From Octopus sinensis (Eukaryota): a DNA stretch of 58,508 nt. Of the stretch, positions 26,100 through 39,499 are shown piece by piece (positions within the stretch are counted from its first letter, which is position 1; each line of letters opens with the position of its first letter). The notes beneath the pieces are model-generated. The model was given only the letters and a program-made list of their open reading frames with translations. It was not told where the DNA came from and did not search any database. Position numbers and translations under genes: made by a program. The DNA lies in contig NW_021833099.1 in the NCBI RefSeq assembly GCF_006345805.1, positions 1 to 58,508 on the forward strand. Direction: 5' to 3'.

Positions 26100-26133
<34 letters not shown>

Positions 26134-26757
26134 AGATAAAGAGTAAAACCACTAAAGTTTGATATAAGATAGAGTAAAACCAATAATAGTGGTTTTATCT
26201 CTAATTTAATATATATATATATATATATCTGTCTGTCTGTCTATCTATCTATCAATCTAGCTAGCTAGCTAGCTATTTACCTATCTATCTATCTTTCTTT
26301 CTGTCTGTTTATCTATCTATCTATCTACCTATCTACCTATCTACCTATCTATCTATCTCCCTCTATATATATATATTATGTTTTTTCTAAGTGTTTTATT
26401 TAAGCTTTTAAGTGAGTTCAAACCGTTCGCTAACAAAGCGACAAGACGTTTTCAGTTAAGGGATTTCCCAGTGTTTGTAAATGTGTGGTTGAGTTGGTGT
26501 GTTGACTGACAGTTGTTACACGCACCTGTGTGCATCTATTCACATAAGAATCTCAGATGAAGAGTTTTTGGAATGTCTTACACGACTTCACTATGCCACT
26601 AATAGATTGGACTGGGGGAAATTGCGTTAGTTTCTTTTGTTCTTTCTTCCTGAAGCCAAGTATTTCTAGGTTTTTGTGCGAATTTGCTGGTACATAACCT
26701 TATGCACCTATGTACAAATGAGAATTTATATATGTCTGTATGTATGCATGCACATTC

Positions 26758-26808
<51 letters not shown>

Positions 26809-27067
26809 ATAAGATGGAAGCAGCATTCTGCATAATTGAGAAAATGTTTCGGGGTTGTTTCGGTGTGTGTTTCAGAGGAAATATTTAAAGATGAATCGAT
26901 AAACCAGTGGCAGTACCCTACTCAACAGCATCACCACCACCACAACCACAACCGCCACCACCACCACCACCATATCAGACTTTGGATGACTAAATTACAA
27001 CAGGTACATAGACCATTGTCTGTATTATAGTGCATTATTGTACCATTTAAAACTTTTTTATTCTTTG

Positions 27068-27079
27068 ATAATAATAATG

Positions 27080-27110
<31 letters not shown>

Positions 27111-27194
27111 TAATAATAATAATAGTAATAATATTAATAATAATAATAATAGTAATAGTAATAATAATAATAATAATAGTAATAGATAATAATA

Positions 27195-27226
<32 letters not shown>

Positions 27227-27298
27227 GTAATAATAATAATAATAATAGTAATAATAAAATAATAATAATAGTAATAATATTAATATAATAATAATATA

Positions 27299-27343
<45 letters not shown>

Positions 27344-27345
27344 TA

Positions 27346-27377
<32 letters not shown>
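27068..27377. repeat. (TAA)n microsatellite, 5' flank of Dong/R4
   Basis: Direct reading. Confidence 0.95.
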
Positions 27378-29199
27378 GGAGAACACCGGGGGACTTTTAA
27401 GGGAGAACACCGGGGGACTTTTAAGATGTAAGAAGGAAAATTCAGAGCTCCGAAACCTATCCACAAACATCGAAAACAAGGACATCCTATGGAGCCAAAG
27501 TTTTACTAACAAAGAATTGGACTGTACCTAATTGAAATTTATTACTATTTTCGAAATGAAATGATGTATTTTGACTCGATATCATCTCCATCTCTAACGC
27601 AACACATGCGTGAAACATCACGATCATCCCTGACCCCAAACACCATGTACAAAGGAACTACGAAGAAATTAAATGCCACCGATACTATTCAACCCAAGAA
27701 TAACAATCGAGCGGTACGTACATTAAATTTACAACAAAAAATGTACGAAAAACTACACGTGCGAAATAATGTGACAACAGAAATAAACGGACCGGTACCC
27801 TACGAAAATGACGACCGTCAAAATAATGGGCCGGACGTTGTACCTCATGTCCCGCAAATAAAACCCAAAAGACGTAAATGGACACGTGAGGAATACATTT
27901 CTATCTTACACGCATACTTCACAGCAGTACTCTACCCAAAAAATGTAATACAACAACACATACATATAAAATATGGAAGGAAAATAATAGAGATATAGAC
28001 TTGGATACAGCAATGAACCCTAATAAATTAGCTAACGTACGAAGATACATTCTCAACACAAAAAAAAATATCAGAAATAGAAATAGAACACCTAAAAGAA
28101 AACATACACCAGGAAAATGTAGATAGAAGCCACACAACAATGCCCAATATATAAACACTAAAACTGTAAAACACGAAGACAACGCAACATTCCCAACAAA
28201 CACGATGTAAACAACGAAGGGGAGCCTAATGATTATGATAATATAAAAAATAAAATAATCAAAGAACTGAAAACCACAGAGCTCAAAATGGACCACCGAC
28301 CATACCTCCCAAGAATCAAAATAAACGAAATAACAACACCTATTATAAACAGCATAAACCTAGCCGTCACTGAACTGATAGCCACTGAATCAAAAAAAAG
28401 TGATATCACTGAGCTAAATAACCTAATATACGCAGCAGCCACTGCAGCCACAAAAGAAGCTGGATACTCACCCAAACCCGCCCAAACAGGAGTACCACCA
28501 CCCAAACAAACCCTGTGGATAAATAACATCCAAAGCAAAATAAAAAAAATTAGAAAAGACCTGTCGATTCTTAATGAAATCAGCAAAGAATCAACGCTAC
28601 TGAGCAACAAAAAGAGAACAAAAATACTCCGCAAATATAACATGACAGAGAAAGATTGCCTGCCTGAAATAAAAGAAAAGCTGAAGAAGCAAGATATCCT
28701 TGCCAAAGCACAAAGGATCCGCCGGTACAAGAAACGCCAGCGCTTCTTTGAAGAAAACAAAAAGTTCAGCTCCAACCCCAAAAAGTTCTACCAAGAACTG
28801 GGCAAAAAATAAAATAGAAGTCACTGCAGCACCAACGGCAGAAGAATTGAAGAATTCTGGAGAGAGATATGGTCGGCGAACGAACCACCAAAAAAAAGGA
28901 GTATCAAAATTACAAACTCGGCATCTGAACAACTTTGGACCCCCATAACAACTGAAGAGGTCACCCAGGCACTGCAAAGACTAAGCAACTGGAAGGCACC
29001 TGGGCATGACAAGATCCCCAACTTCTGGTTGAAATATCTAACAGGAATGCACAAAAAGCTGGCTGAAAACTTTAACAACGTACTAGCAGAGCCAGAGACA
29101 ATGCCTGAATGGCTCACGAGGGGAAAACCATCTTAATTCCCAAATCAAAATGAAACAGAAAAACCAGAAAACTACAGACCAATAACCTGCCTCCCTACT

Positions 29200-30255
29200 A
29201 TGTTCAAGGCATTTACTGCAGTGATATCACAAAGGCTGAACAAGCACCTGGACGAAAACAAACTGTTCCCAGAAGAGCAGAAAGGATGCCGCAAAGGCTC
29301 ATATGGCTGTAAAGATCAACTAATGATTAATAAAGCCATAACTGAAGACAGCCACAGAAAGAAGAAAGGCCTCAGTATGGCCTGGATTGACTACAAAAAG
29401 GCGTTTGATAGCATCCCCCACACATGGATCCTCGAAACACTAGCCATTAACAAAGTAGCACCAACAATCATAAAATTCATAGAGCACTCTATGAATAAAT
29501 GGCAAACAGTCCTACACCTCCAAACAAAAGAGGGACTCATGAAAACCAAAGACATCCCCATTAGAAGAGGAATATTCCAGGGAGACACGCTCTCTCCACT
29601 CCTTTTCTGCTTGGCACTGTCACCTCTATCTGATATGCTAAATAGAACTGGATGCGGATATAAATGTTACGGCAAAACGATCAGCCACCTTTTATATATG
29701 GATGACCTAAAACTATACGCTGCAAATGACAAACAGCTGGAAAAACTATTAAAGACAGTTCATGGATTTACCAAAGAAATAGATATGAAATTTGGATTAG
29801 AAAAATGCGCCAAAGTAACCATGAAAAGAGGAAAACTAGTTAAGAGTAACAACATCACACTAGATAAAACCAATGAAATAAAAGAATTAGACCAAAGCCA
29901 AACTTACAAATACTTAGGAATCCATGAACTAGATAAGACACAACACACACAAATGAAAGAGAAAATAAAAAAAGAATATTATAGACGAGTTAGATCAATA
30001 CTAAACACAGAGCTCAATGCTAAAAACAAGATAATAAGTATCAACACTTTAGCTGTCCCAGTTATAAGTTACAGCTACAATATCCTTAACTGGACACGAA
30101 ATGAACTGGCCAAAATAGATAGGAAAACAAGAAAAATAATGACAGGATCTAGGATGCATCACCCAAAATCTGACATAGAAAGACTATATATACAACGTAT
30201 AGAAGGTGGTAGAGGCCTTATACAGCTGGAAAACTACTATAAAATAACACCATAG
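29200..30255 (+). pseudogene. Reverse transcriptase domain of the Dong/R4 element
   Basis: EQKGCRKG, WIDYKKAFDSIPH, RGIFQGDTLSPLLF, HLLYMDDLKLY, FGLEKC, YKYLGI; upstream NYRPITCLPT lies in frame. Confidence 0.95.
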
Positions 30256-30472
30256 GACTGCAAAAATATCTACTTCAGAAGGAAGGAAAACTGATCCAGA
30301 TAGCGGCAAAACACGAGCAAAACAAAAAACTGTTCTCAGTATTTAAGGAAGCTGACAAATACAAACAAGAAATCATACCACCTAATAAACATGAAGAAGA
30401 AGAAGAAGAGGATGAAGAAACAACAAAAGCTATAAAAACAATGAAATCCAAAAAACAGAACAGCAACGAACC

Positions 30473-31210
30473 ATGATAAAACGATGGCAAGAAAAGCCCC
30501 TTCATGGTAAATACTGCACTAAACTAAACGCAAAAGAAATAGACAAAGAAAAATCCCAGCAATGGTTGAGAAGCTCAGGACTCAAAGCAGAAACAGAGGG
30601 ATTTTTAATTGCAGCACAAGACCAAAGCCTCCCCACCAGAAATTACCAAAAACATGTAATGAAAAGAAATATTACAAGTAACTGCAGAATATGTGGAGAT
30701 GGACAAGAAACAATAAATCATATTATCTCTAGCTGCCCAGTCCTGGCTAAGAAGGAATATATTCACAGACATGACAGAGTTGGAACCTACATACATTGGA
30801 AGCTATGCCAACATTATGGAATAACAACAGAAAAAAGATGGTATAGGCACACACCAGAAAAGGTCACAGAAAACGAGAAAGCAACCATACTCTGGGATAT
30901 GCCGATACACACAGATAGAGAAATTAAGGCCAACAGACCAGATATAGTTGTCAGAGATCATGAAGAAACAAAATGCTTTTTAATTGATGTATCAATACCG
31001 GCAGATGACAACGTGTCTCTAAAAGAAATGGAGAAACTCTCAAAATACAAAGACCTGGAAATAGAGGTAACTAGAATGTGGAATCTGAAAACAGAAACAA
31101 TTCCTATCATAGTAGGTGCATTAGGCATGATAAAAAAATATTCAGACAAATACATAACAAAAACACCAGGACTTACAAACACATATAAATACAGAAAATT
31201 GCACTACTAG
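30473..31210 (+). pseudogene. CCHC knuckle plus restriction-like endonuclease of the Dong/R4 element
   Basis: CRICGDGQETINHIISSC, RHDRV, ANRPDIV, LIDVSIP, EKLSKY. Confidence 0.93.
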
Positions 31211-31699
31211 GCACTGCCCACATCCTACGCAGAACACTTTCCATACAATAACCATCAGAGCATCACAACAAATCACAGCACATACCCAAGGCACACAGAG
31301 CTGCGCTCGGTAGTGAAGTGAAAGCACGCTATAAAAATAAAAATAAAACTACTGAATAATAATAATAATAACATCAACAATAATAATAAAGCTGAAATGA
31401 AAACTAAATATATAATGCTTGTGTTTAATTAGCAAAACATAACAATAACAGTTTAACTATAAATAACAGTTTATTAAATATTGCAAGCAGTGTGATCTTA
31501 ATCTCAAATAAATATTATATAAGTCCAATAGTTTTCTTACTACACGTTTTCTAAAAACCTATTTAGTCTAAGTTTCTCGAACAAGCTCCATGTTATTGCT
31601 TTAACCTATATGTTACCACAGTCGACTCAAGGTAGAATCATATTCGCACTTCTTTTGCATTCGCTTCTCAAAAAGGAAGGTCACGTTGCGCCATGATAG

Positions 31700-31895
31700 A
31701 TCGTTAGCTACTACACACAGATTTTTTCTCTCCTTGTTTCTCTCCTTGTATTTTTCTGTGTATCTTTCTGTAGAAGAGCGTAGGCTCGAAACGTAAAATA
31801 CTTTTTCTATTCCTGAGCGCTATACTAATATATTTGTTTGCTTGTACACCACCTGACTTCGTCCTTTGTTTATTTTCGTAAGCGTTCCCTTTATA
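31700..31895 (+). mobile_element. Family E short element with hammerhead-like motif
   Basis: ATCTTT-CTGTAGAA-GAGC(GTAG)GCTC-GAAAC-GTA-AAATAC at 31762-31801. Confidence 0.72.
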
Positions 31896-32004
31896 TATCA
31901 TATCTAAATCAAAGTTGAGATACTTGCGACTGGAATGATATTAATCATAGACATTATTGAGTACCACTGATCCATTATTCTTTAAGAATTGAACATTTAT
32001 CATT

Positions 32005-32365
32005 TATTTTTTCAGTCATTAGACTGCGGCCATGACGGTGCAAAACCCTGAAGAATTTTCAGTCCAATGAATCAACCCCGGTACTTATTCTATCAGTCTA
32101 TTATTCTATCATAACGAACCCCTACGTTATGGGGAGGCAAACTTACCAACACTAGTTGTCAAAAAGCGGAGAGCACAGAAAACAGATACAAACACAAACA
32201 TATACGTATATACTACATATACTACAGGCTTCCTTCAGTTTCCATACTTCAGCTTGTCGGGTTGACGTTAAAGTAGAAGTCACTAGTCCAAAGTGCCGTA
32301 CAGTAGGATTGAAACCCGAACCATGTAGATGGGAAGCAAGCTTCTTACCATACAGTCATACTTGC
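32005..32365 (-). mobile_element. Degenerate family B SINE
   Basis: TTTTTCAGTCATTAGACTGCGGCCATG..CTTCTTACCATACAGTCA. Confidence 0.6.
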
Positions 32366-32483
32366 ATCCTATGTTAATGTTAAGTGTGTGTGTGTGTGTC
32401 TGTGTTAATGGAAAATATTAACATAATTTCTGTTAATATCTACTATTAATACAAACAAACACACATCTGTGTGTGTGTGTACG

Positions 32484-32640
32484 GCGGGCTTCTTTCAGTT
32501 TCCGTCTGCCAAATTCACTAACACGGCTTTGGTCGGCCCGAGGCTATAGTAGAACACACTTGCCCAAGGTGCCACGCAGTGGGACTGAACCCGGAACCAT
32601 GTGAGTGGGAAACAAACTTCTTACCACACAGCCACGGCTG
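32484..32640 (-). mobile_element. Family B SINE head half
   Basis: GGGCTTCTTTCAGTTTCCGTCT..CTTGCCCAAGGTGCCACGCAGTGGGACTGAACCCGGAACCATGTG..ACCACACAGCCAC. Confidence 0.85.
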
Positions 32641-32759
32641 TGTAAGTATGGATATGAGCAACATCAACAATGACAGCAATAATAATGGCAATAATAATAA
32701 TAATAATAATAACAACAACAACAACAACAACAACAATAATAATAATAATAATAATAATA

Positions 32760-32923
32760 ATGCCCTGATGCAGTACCAGGCAGTGGCTCGATGCCCTGAT
32801 GTAGTACCAGGCAGTGGCTCTCGTGGATCTCGTGGCTTCTGTTCTTAACTGATTGGAAGTGTTATCATGTACGTTGTTTTGTCTTGGTATAAAAGATGGG
32901 CTACAGCAAATATTCTACTCAAT
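32760..32923 (+). mobile_element. 5' part of the TAA-inserting element (family T) with tandem 5' duplication
   Basis: Follows (AAT)n; 32896-32923 matches 50517-50543; 30-bp unit repeated at 32760-32789 and 32791-32820. Confidence 0.7.
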
Positions 32924-32972
32924 GCCAGAGTAGAAAGTGAGTGCATATGTTTGCATACAAATATTAGTGCAT

Positions 32973-33061
<89 letters not shown>

Positions 33062-33077
33062 ATATATATACATATAC

Positions 33078-33130
<53 letters not shown>

Positions 33131-33136
33131 TATATA

Positions 33137-33169
<33 letters not shown>

Positions 33170-33339
33170 ATGTATGTATGTTGTGTGTGAGCGCGTGTGT
33201 GGATCATGTATGCAAGTGTAGCCGCGTGTAACACTCACTCACGCACATGCATATATATGCATATATCTATCTTTCTTTCTCTATATATATATTTATATAT
33301 ACCTCATTCTATCTCTCTCTCCCTCTCTCCCTCTCCCCC

Positions 33340-33370
<31 letters not shown>

Positions 33371-33714
33371 CATACATACATAATCATACCCATACATACA
33401 CACACACGCACATGATTTTATGCGTACACTCGCATACACGAACTCTCTCTGTCTCTCTCCCGATCTCGATCTCTTTGTCTCTCCCTCTCTTTCCCTCTCT
33501 CCCAATCTTTAGTCCATATGGTCTGTCTTTGTTACATCAACCAGTTCCAGTTACGGTTGTCTGCCCCTCGCTTCTGCTAGAGATATTAACCACACTTTTA
33601 TGACGCTACACTTTTCTACGCATTATTTATTACCTTCCTATCAACGCAAACATACACAAAAGCTAAATGTGAGCTTCATACATACCTACATAATACCCAC
33701 AGATATGTACACAC

Positions 33715-33793
<79 letters not shown>

Positions 33794-33931
33794 ACATACA
33801 TACATACATACATATATATATAGACATATATATATATACATACATATATATATATATATATACATACATTTATATATACACACATATATATATATATATA
33901 TATCAAGTATTCACCCTAAATTTACTGTACC

Positions 33932-33963
<32 letters not shown>

Positions 33964-34019
33964 ATTATATATACACACACATACAAACACACACACATGT
34001 ATATATATATATATATATA

Positions 34020-34055
<36 letters not shown>

Positions 34056-34876
34056 TATACGTACACACACTTGCACTCTCCCTATGTATACATATAACAC
34101 ATAGGCGCAAGCATAGCAGTCAGCTCACTTAGAAACTCCACTGTTCCGGTTTCGATTCCGTGGCTCAGCACTTTTGTAAAATGGCTGCTACCACCACAGC
34201 TAAGCTCTCAATCCGCTGAGTATTATGAATGAAGCTTCAGCGTAGGATTTCGACTTAGTCGAAATAATATCGAAAATATCAAATGACTTGATGGAGTTTG
34301 AGATAGTTTTAAAAAGACGATAGAGTCGCAACTTGAGCGTATTTGATCTCAAAGACTTAACTTTTAAATAAACAACAAATAAACCAACATCATAAACAAA
34401 AAGGCTACTCTTGATTAAGGAACATGATGTAATACTTTTTTCCCCATTCTTAAACCCAAAATAGAGATGCAATTAGAAATGTTTGGAAAACAAGTTTATC
34501 GTAACAGAACCATAAAAATATTAAATTATTGAAACAATACAAAAAAACAAGTATATAGTAATTAATCCCAAAGCTAAACGTTTTGAGTGTACCTCACCTT
34601 AATTAACTTGCTTCATTAAAGATTGGAAAAAGTCTTGTGGCGATTTTTCTTCCTCTCAGATTCTAAAATAATTCAAACCCGCCATATAAATAACACAAGA
34701 GACACCAATCCTTCTGTTTAATTATGTATTCGTTTCGTTTTGAAATCTCTCAGCCTCATCACTAAAGTTATTATTTGTTTTAAAATGGTTCTAAATTTTT
34801 TTGTATCGATAAATCTCTCTCCTTGTCTCTCTTTCTCTCTCTCTCTCTCGCTCTCCTTCCCCTCTCTCTTTTCTAG

Positions 34877-34997
34877 GGTCCGCTCATCCACCTGATGTTT
34901 CTCTAACCGACGCCCTACTTCTTCTGGCATCGACGGCCGATGCATATCCTGTTCCCGGATGGCTTGTTTCCCGCCACGAAGAGACTAATGTTAAGAG
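34877..34997 (+). CDS. Candidate internal exon, 121 nt (SAHPPDVSLTDALLLLASTADAYPVPGWLVSRHEETNVK)
   Basis: Long pyrimidine tract..CTAG|G acceptor, GAG|GTACAG donor, one open frame, GC-rich against background; no recognised homology. Confidence 0.3.
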
Positions 34998-35636
34998 GTA
35001 CAGTTTGAACTCAGCTCACAAATAGACCGCATAGAGCATCTTATACAATACACAAGCAATTACGCCAGTCCGCTACCTTGGACATATACTTCATTCAGCG
35101 TCACTTAAAGAATAAAAGGTAAAGCTGATATCTGCGTGATTTGAACGTAAAACATAAAGAGCATAACAAATACGGGAAGCAATTTTGTCCGACACACAGA
35201 ACAAACTTTTAAAAAACGGGCGATCGATCGCGGAAGACACGACGTCAGCTAACAGGGCAGCAACGGACTGCGAACTTCCGTAGTAGCGTACCGGCAGAGT
35301 TTTTGATGATCCTAATAAACGAGATGGGCATATCTGGGGTATCTTTTTCATCATACGACCTGCTTCTATATCATGAACCCGACTAGTTATTGAATTTAGC
35401 TATGAATAAATCTTCTAACCACGAGGAGTAAGAGTAGTAACAACCATCATTACATGACCATCTCATCGAAATAATTTAGTCCGATACGTCACATTGTTTC
35501 ACTGCTCACGGTAACTAAGTTTATTAACTCCTACAAGCCATCCTAAGTTTACCAGTAACATTGTTGCCGACGAACAGCCATGTCAGTTTGCCCACATTGT
35601 ACATTTGAGCCCATTTATTGAATGAAAGGTAATAGA

Positions 35637-35668
35637 TAGATAGATAGGTAGGTAGGTAGGTAGGTAGG

Positions 35669-35750
<82 letters not shown>
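35637..35750. repeat. (GATA)n/(GGTA)n microsatellite
   Basis: Direct reading. Confidence 0.95.
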
Positions 35751-35751
<1 letters not shown>

Positions 35752-37420
35752 GACTAAGAGACAGACTGGGAGATAAATATATCACACTTCGCTGTCACTC
35801 GCAAGCGAGTATTTCCAGACAGCACGTAATCAGCTTTTCTCGATTGTTTTAGTTGCCAATGTGATGGGAAGCGGATAAACATACCTTGACATTCCTATCC
35901 TTTGACCGTTTGGAAGATCGAGGATGTGACAACAAAACAGTAAAAGTGCTATCCTAGCAGTCGGCTCTCGCTCATTTTCAGATGAGTTGACTGGAGCAAC
36001 GGAAAATGAAGAACCTTGCTCAAGAACAGAATGCGTCACTGTGTTAAGGTATCTACTCACACATACACACACACGATACAGATATTTATATATTTTATAT
36101 TTATACATTTTCAGATATTTTACATGGAGAGAATTATTGGTAGAAACTCAGTACGACAACAAAAATGCTTATGAATGAATTCATATTTTATATAAGAATT
36201 CTTAATTCACATTTATGAAAACCGAATGTAAGATGAACGACTGCGTGGGTTTAGAAATTTCAGATTAGTGTCCTGCGTGGTGTCGTTTCTTTGATGCAGA
36301 AATCCTTAGGGTGATTAGTGAGTCCACAGTTGTAATATCAATGCCTTCTATCCTCCACAGTTGCTGCTCTGCTGAGATCTCTGTTAGGTCGGGGATTTTG
36401 TCCAGTGCTTAAGACTTCACCAGAATCAGAATTTGTAACCCAGTTTTTCTTCCGGAATCCCTTTGATTTTAAGCAGCTAGCCAGGGTCTTCTAAAACTAT
36501 ACATTTCACCACCCATCAGCTGTCTAGTTTTAATGGTATGCTTGATATTTCTATTTAGATTACTCTCTGTCGTAGGAAAATTTCCATCAATATATGATCT
36601 TCTATTCTTTGTGGAATAGTGGAATGCTACTGGGCTAGGGTTTCCGAGTGGAAATAACTCGGATGTAGTCGAACTTAAGATCATGCCCCACAAAACTTAT
36701 ATCTTGTCACATGTTTCTTAAATAGAGTTCAGTTTTGTGTGAACTTTTACGCTCTAACGTGTGTCTTTTCGTCGATACGCATCTACAGAGAGACTTGTTT
36801 TCCATTCCGTTTGGTAAAGGTGTTACAGTATAATGAGCTTTCACTGTTCTTGCTTGTTGATGAGTTTCTTCATCTCTTCTAAATCCTGATGCCTTTTGTC
36901 GAGTGAGAAAAATGCGAAAGCTTTGGTAATCTCAGCAAAAGAAGTGGTTTTGGCTGTTCCCGTTGCTGTTGCTATTTTACCCTTTTGTTAATGTCATTGT
37001 TGTTGCTATTGTTGATGTTTTTTCCTATTACTGTCAATTGCCGTTATAGCAAACGTGAAGTTTATGACCTCTGAACTATCATCGATGAAAATACAGCTAC
37101 CCCCCTCCTCTTCTGCCTTTCATGAGCATAATAACATCTTTGCTGGCATTGCTACTGTTGTTGCTGCTTTTGTTAAAGTCGTTGGCATAGTTGCTGGCCT
37201 TGTTTGTTTGTTGTTGTTGCTGTCGTTATTCCTGAGACTGTTGTTTGTCGTAACAGCAAAGAGTATAAAACTGTTTAGACTTTGAACTTTGGACGCTTGA
37301 AAATCGTTTTCTTTTCCTTCCACGAACTGCACAGGATTTGCTGACTCACCTCCCATTTGCCCCTTCAGTTTGCAGACGTAGAAGGTGATGCTATATTTAT
37401 AAGATATTTTTTCCTTTTTT

Positions 37421-37633
37421 TTTCTTCCTACTTGTTTCAGTCATTTTGACTGCGGCCAAGCTGGAGCACCGCCTTTAATCGAGCAACTCGACCCTGGGAC
37501 TTATTCTTTGTAAGCCCAGTACTGATTCTATCGGTCTCTTTTGCCGAACCGCTAAGTGACGGGGACGTAAACACACCAGCATCGGTTGTCAAGCAATGCT
37601 AGGGGGACAAACACAGACACACAAACATACACG

Positions 37634-37677
<44 letters not shown>

Positions 37678-37840
37678 TACGACGGGCTTCTTTCAGTTTC
37701 CGTCTACCAAATCCACTCACAAGGCTTTGGTCGGCCCGAGGCTATAGCAGAAGACACTTGCCCAAGGTGCCACGCAGTGGGACTGAACCCGAAACCATGT
37801 GGTTGGTAAGCAAGCTACTTACCACACAGCCACTCCTGTG
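37421..37840 (-). mobile_element. Family B SINE, well conserved full-length copy
   Basis: Complete reverse head, body and tail with internal (TA)n. Confidence 0.9.
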
Positions 37841-38567
37841 TTTTCCAAAACAAAATTTGAAAGTCTTTCTAACAAATCTGAGCCCCCATAGGACGAGAAG
37901 GAAAAAAAAGAAATGGAAAAAGCCCAATCAACCAGAACAAAAGGTCCTTCTGGTTGACTTTAAAAAGTGTATATAAAAAAAGATTCAACAATTAGCAATT
38001 TCTGGACGTATGAAAGGACGGCCAAAATGCATAATGACGTCATTTTTAGTGACGTGTTCCTGACACCGAAAGAAAAAAAAAAAGAAGAAAGAGTCTTTTC
38101 TACTATAGGTACTGAGCCTGAAATCTTGGATGAGAGGGCTAGTCGATTACATTGACCTCTGATAGTATTTTATAGACTCCGAAATGATTAAAGGTAAAGT
38201 CAACCGTGTGGCGGGTGGATCTTCAAGTTGCCACACGCATTCTTTAGTAGCTTAGAGTAGGCTCGAATTAGAGATTATTCTTTGGGGCTAATGGCGTGAG
38301 TCCTGATTGGAAGAAGAAGAAAAAGAAGAAGAAGAAGAAGAAGAAGAAGAAGAAGAAGAAGAAGAAGAAGAAGAAGAAGAAGAAGAAGAAGAAGAAGAAG
38401 AAGAAGAAGAAGAAGAAGAAGAAGCAACAGCAGCATCATGGTGAACAGCGATCATCAAAAATACTCGAAAGATCGATGTGGATAATCTTGATGAAGATCA
38501 ACTAGGCACCCTTCGAAAATATAGGCAGAAACTGGAGGCTTGACAATTTGTTAATTAGAGGACATTA

Positions 38568-38968
38568 GGATCGAACTGGCAGAATGGTTAGCACGCCGGG
38601 CGAAATGTGTAGCCATATGTCGTCTGCCGTTACATTCTGAGGTCAAATTCCGTCGAGGTCGACTTTGCCTTTCATCCTTTCAGGGTCGATTAAATAAGTA
38701 CCAGTTACGCTCTGGGGTCGATATAATCGACTTAATCCGTTTGTCTGTCCTTGTTTGTCCTCTCTGTGTTTAGCCCCTTGTGGGTAGTAAAGAAATAGGT
38801 ATTTCACCCGTCTTTACGTTCTGAGTTCAAATTCCGCCGAGATCGACATTGCCTTTCATCCCTCTGGGGTCGATAAATGAAGTACCAGTTGAGTACTGCG
38901 GTTGATGAGATCGACTATTCCTCCTCCCCACAAAATCCAGGACTTGTGCATATAGTAGAAAAGAGTAT
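38568..38968 (+). mobile_element. Family A SINE dimer
   Basis: Long tail ..AAAGAAATA then GGTATT junction at 38798-38803, then a second central domain and short tail. Confidence 0.85.
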
Positions 38969-39169
38969 TTTAACGACTCCGAAATTATTAAAGGCAAACT
39001 CAACCATAGCGGAATTTGAACCCAGAACGTAAGTGATATTAGCAAGTGCTGATTCAGTTGTAGAATTGTTGAGGGAAATGGAAATACAAAAATAAAAAAT
39101 TTTTTTAAGGCATGTAGGCACACTAGTGGAAAAGGTGAATACTAAGGAAGATTAGTTCGCCATAGCTAA

Positions 39170-39470
39170 TGGAAGCCGAGTAAATTTAAGTAATTTAAGA
39201 AAGAGGAAAGCAGATTTGAAGAAACTATCATGTAAGAGAAAAGAAAGAAAGGAAGAAAAACTGGAACAACGCTCGAAGAATTAAAGGAGAAATTCAAGGT
39301 AAAAGCTGTCAAAATTAATATCAAAGAAAGAAACAATAAATATAGGCAAATTGCCATTTGCAGTCAAACCAGATGCAACTATTTTCTTAAGCAAAATGAG
39401 AGAAATGACAATATAAAACCGAGGACTGTAAAAAAAAGAAAAAGCTATTTTGATGGAGGATTAATTGTTT
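39170..39470 (+). pseudogene. Old R4/Dong-like ORF fragment (pre-RT region)
   Basis: GTTLEELKEKFKVKAVKINIKERNNKYRQ..ERNDNIKP..SYFDGGL parallels 28620-28870 (EIKEKLK..AKAQRIRRYKKRQ..FWREIW). Confidence 0.45.
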
Positions 39471-39499
39471 AAAATATTGCTATCAGAGTAATTTTAAAG

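Larger units (their letters stand above)
27378..31354 (+). mobile_element. Near full-length R4/Dong-clade non-LTR retrotransposon (single ORF: Myb-like, RT, CCHC, RLE), multiple frameshifts
   Basis: KRRKWTREEY N-terminal motif, full RT motif set, zinc knuckle and PD-(D/E)xK RLE; TAA repeats on both sides, consistent with the known TAA target of Dong. Confidence 0.92.

Noticed and set aside
26133-26203. Small AGAGTAAAACCA direct and inverted repeats
   Set aside because: Short, embedded in microsatellite; likely local slippage or inversion.
27378-27425. Short direct repeats here and at 32760-32820 resembling a CRISPR array
   Set aside because: Only two units with no spacers, in a eukaryotic retroelement context.
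32836-32860. TTCTGTTCTTAACTG resembling U2 snRNA
   Set aside because: Match of about 10 nt only; the U2 5' stem-loop and branch-point pairing region are absent.
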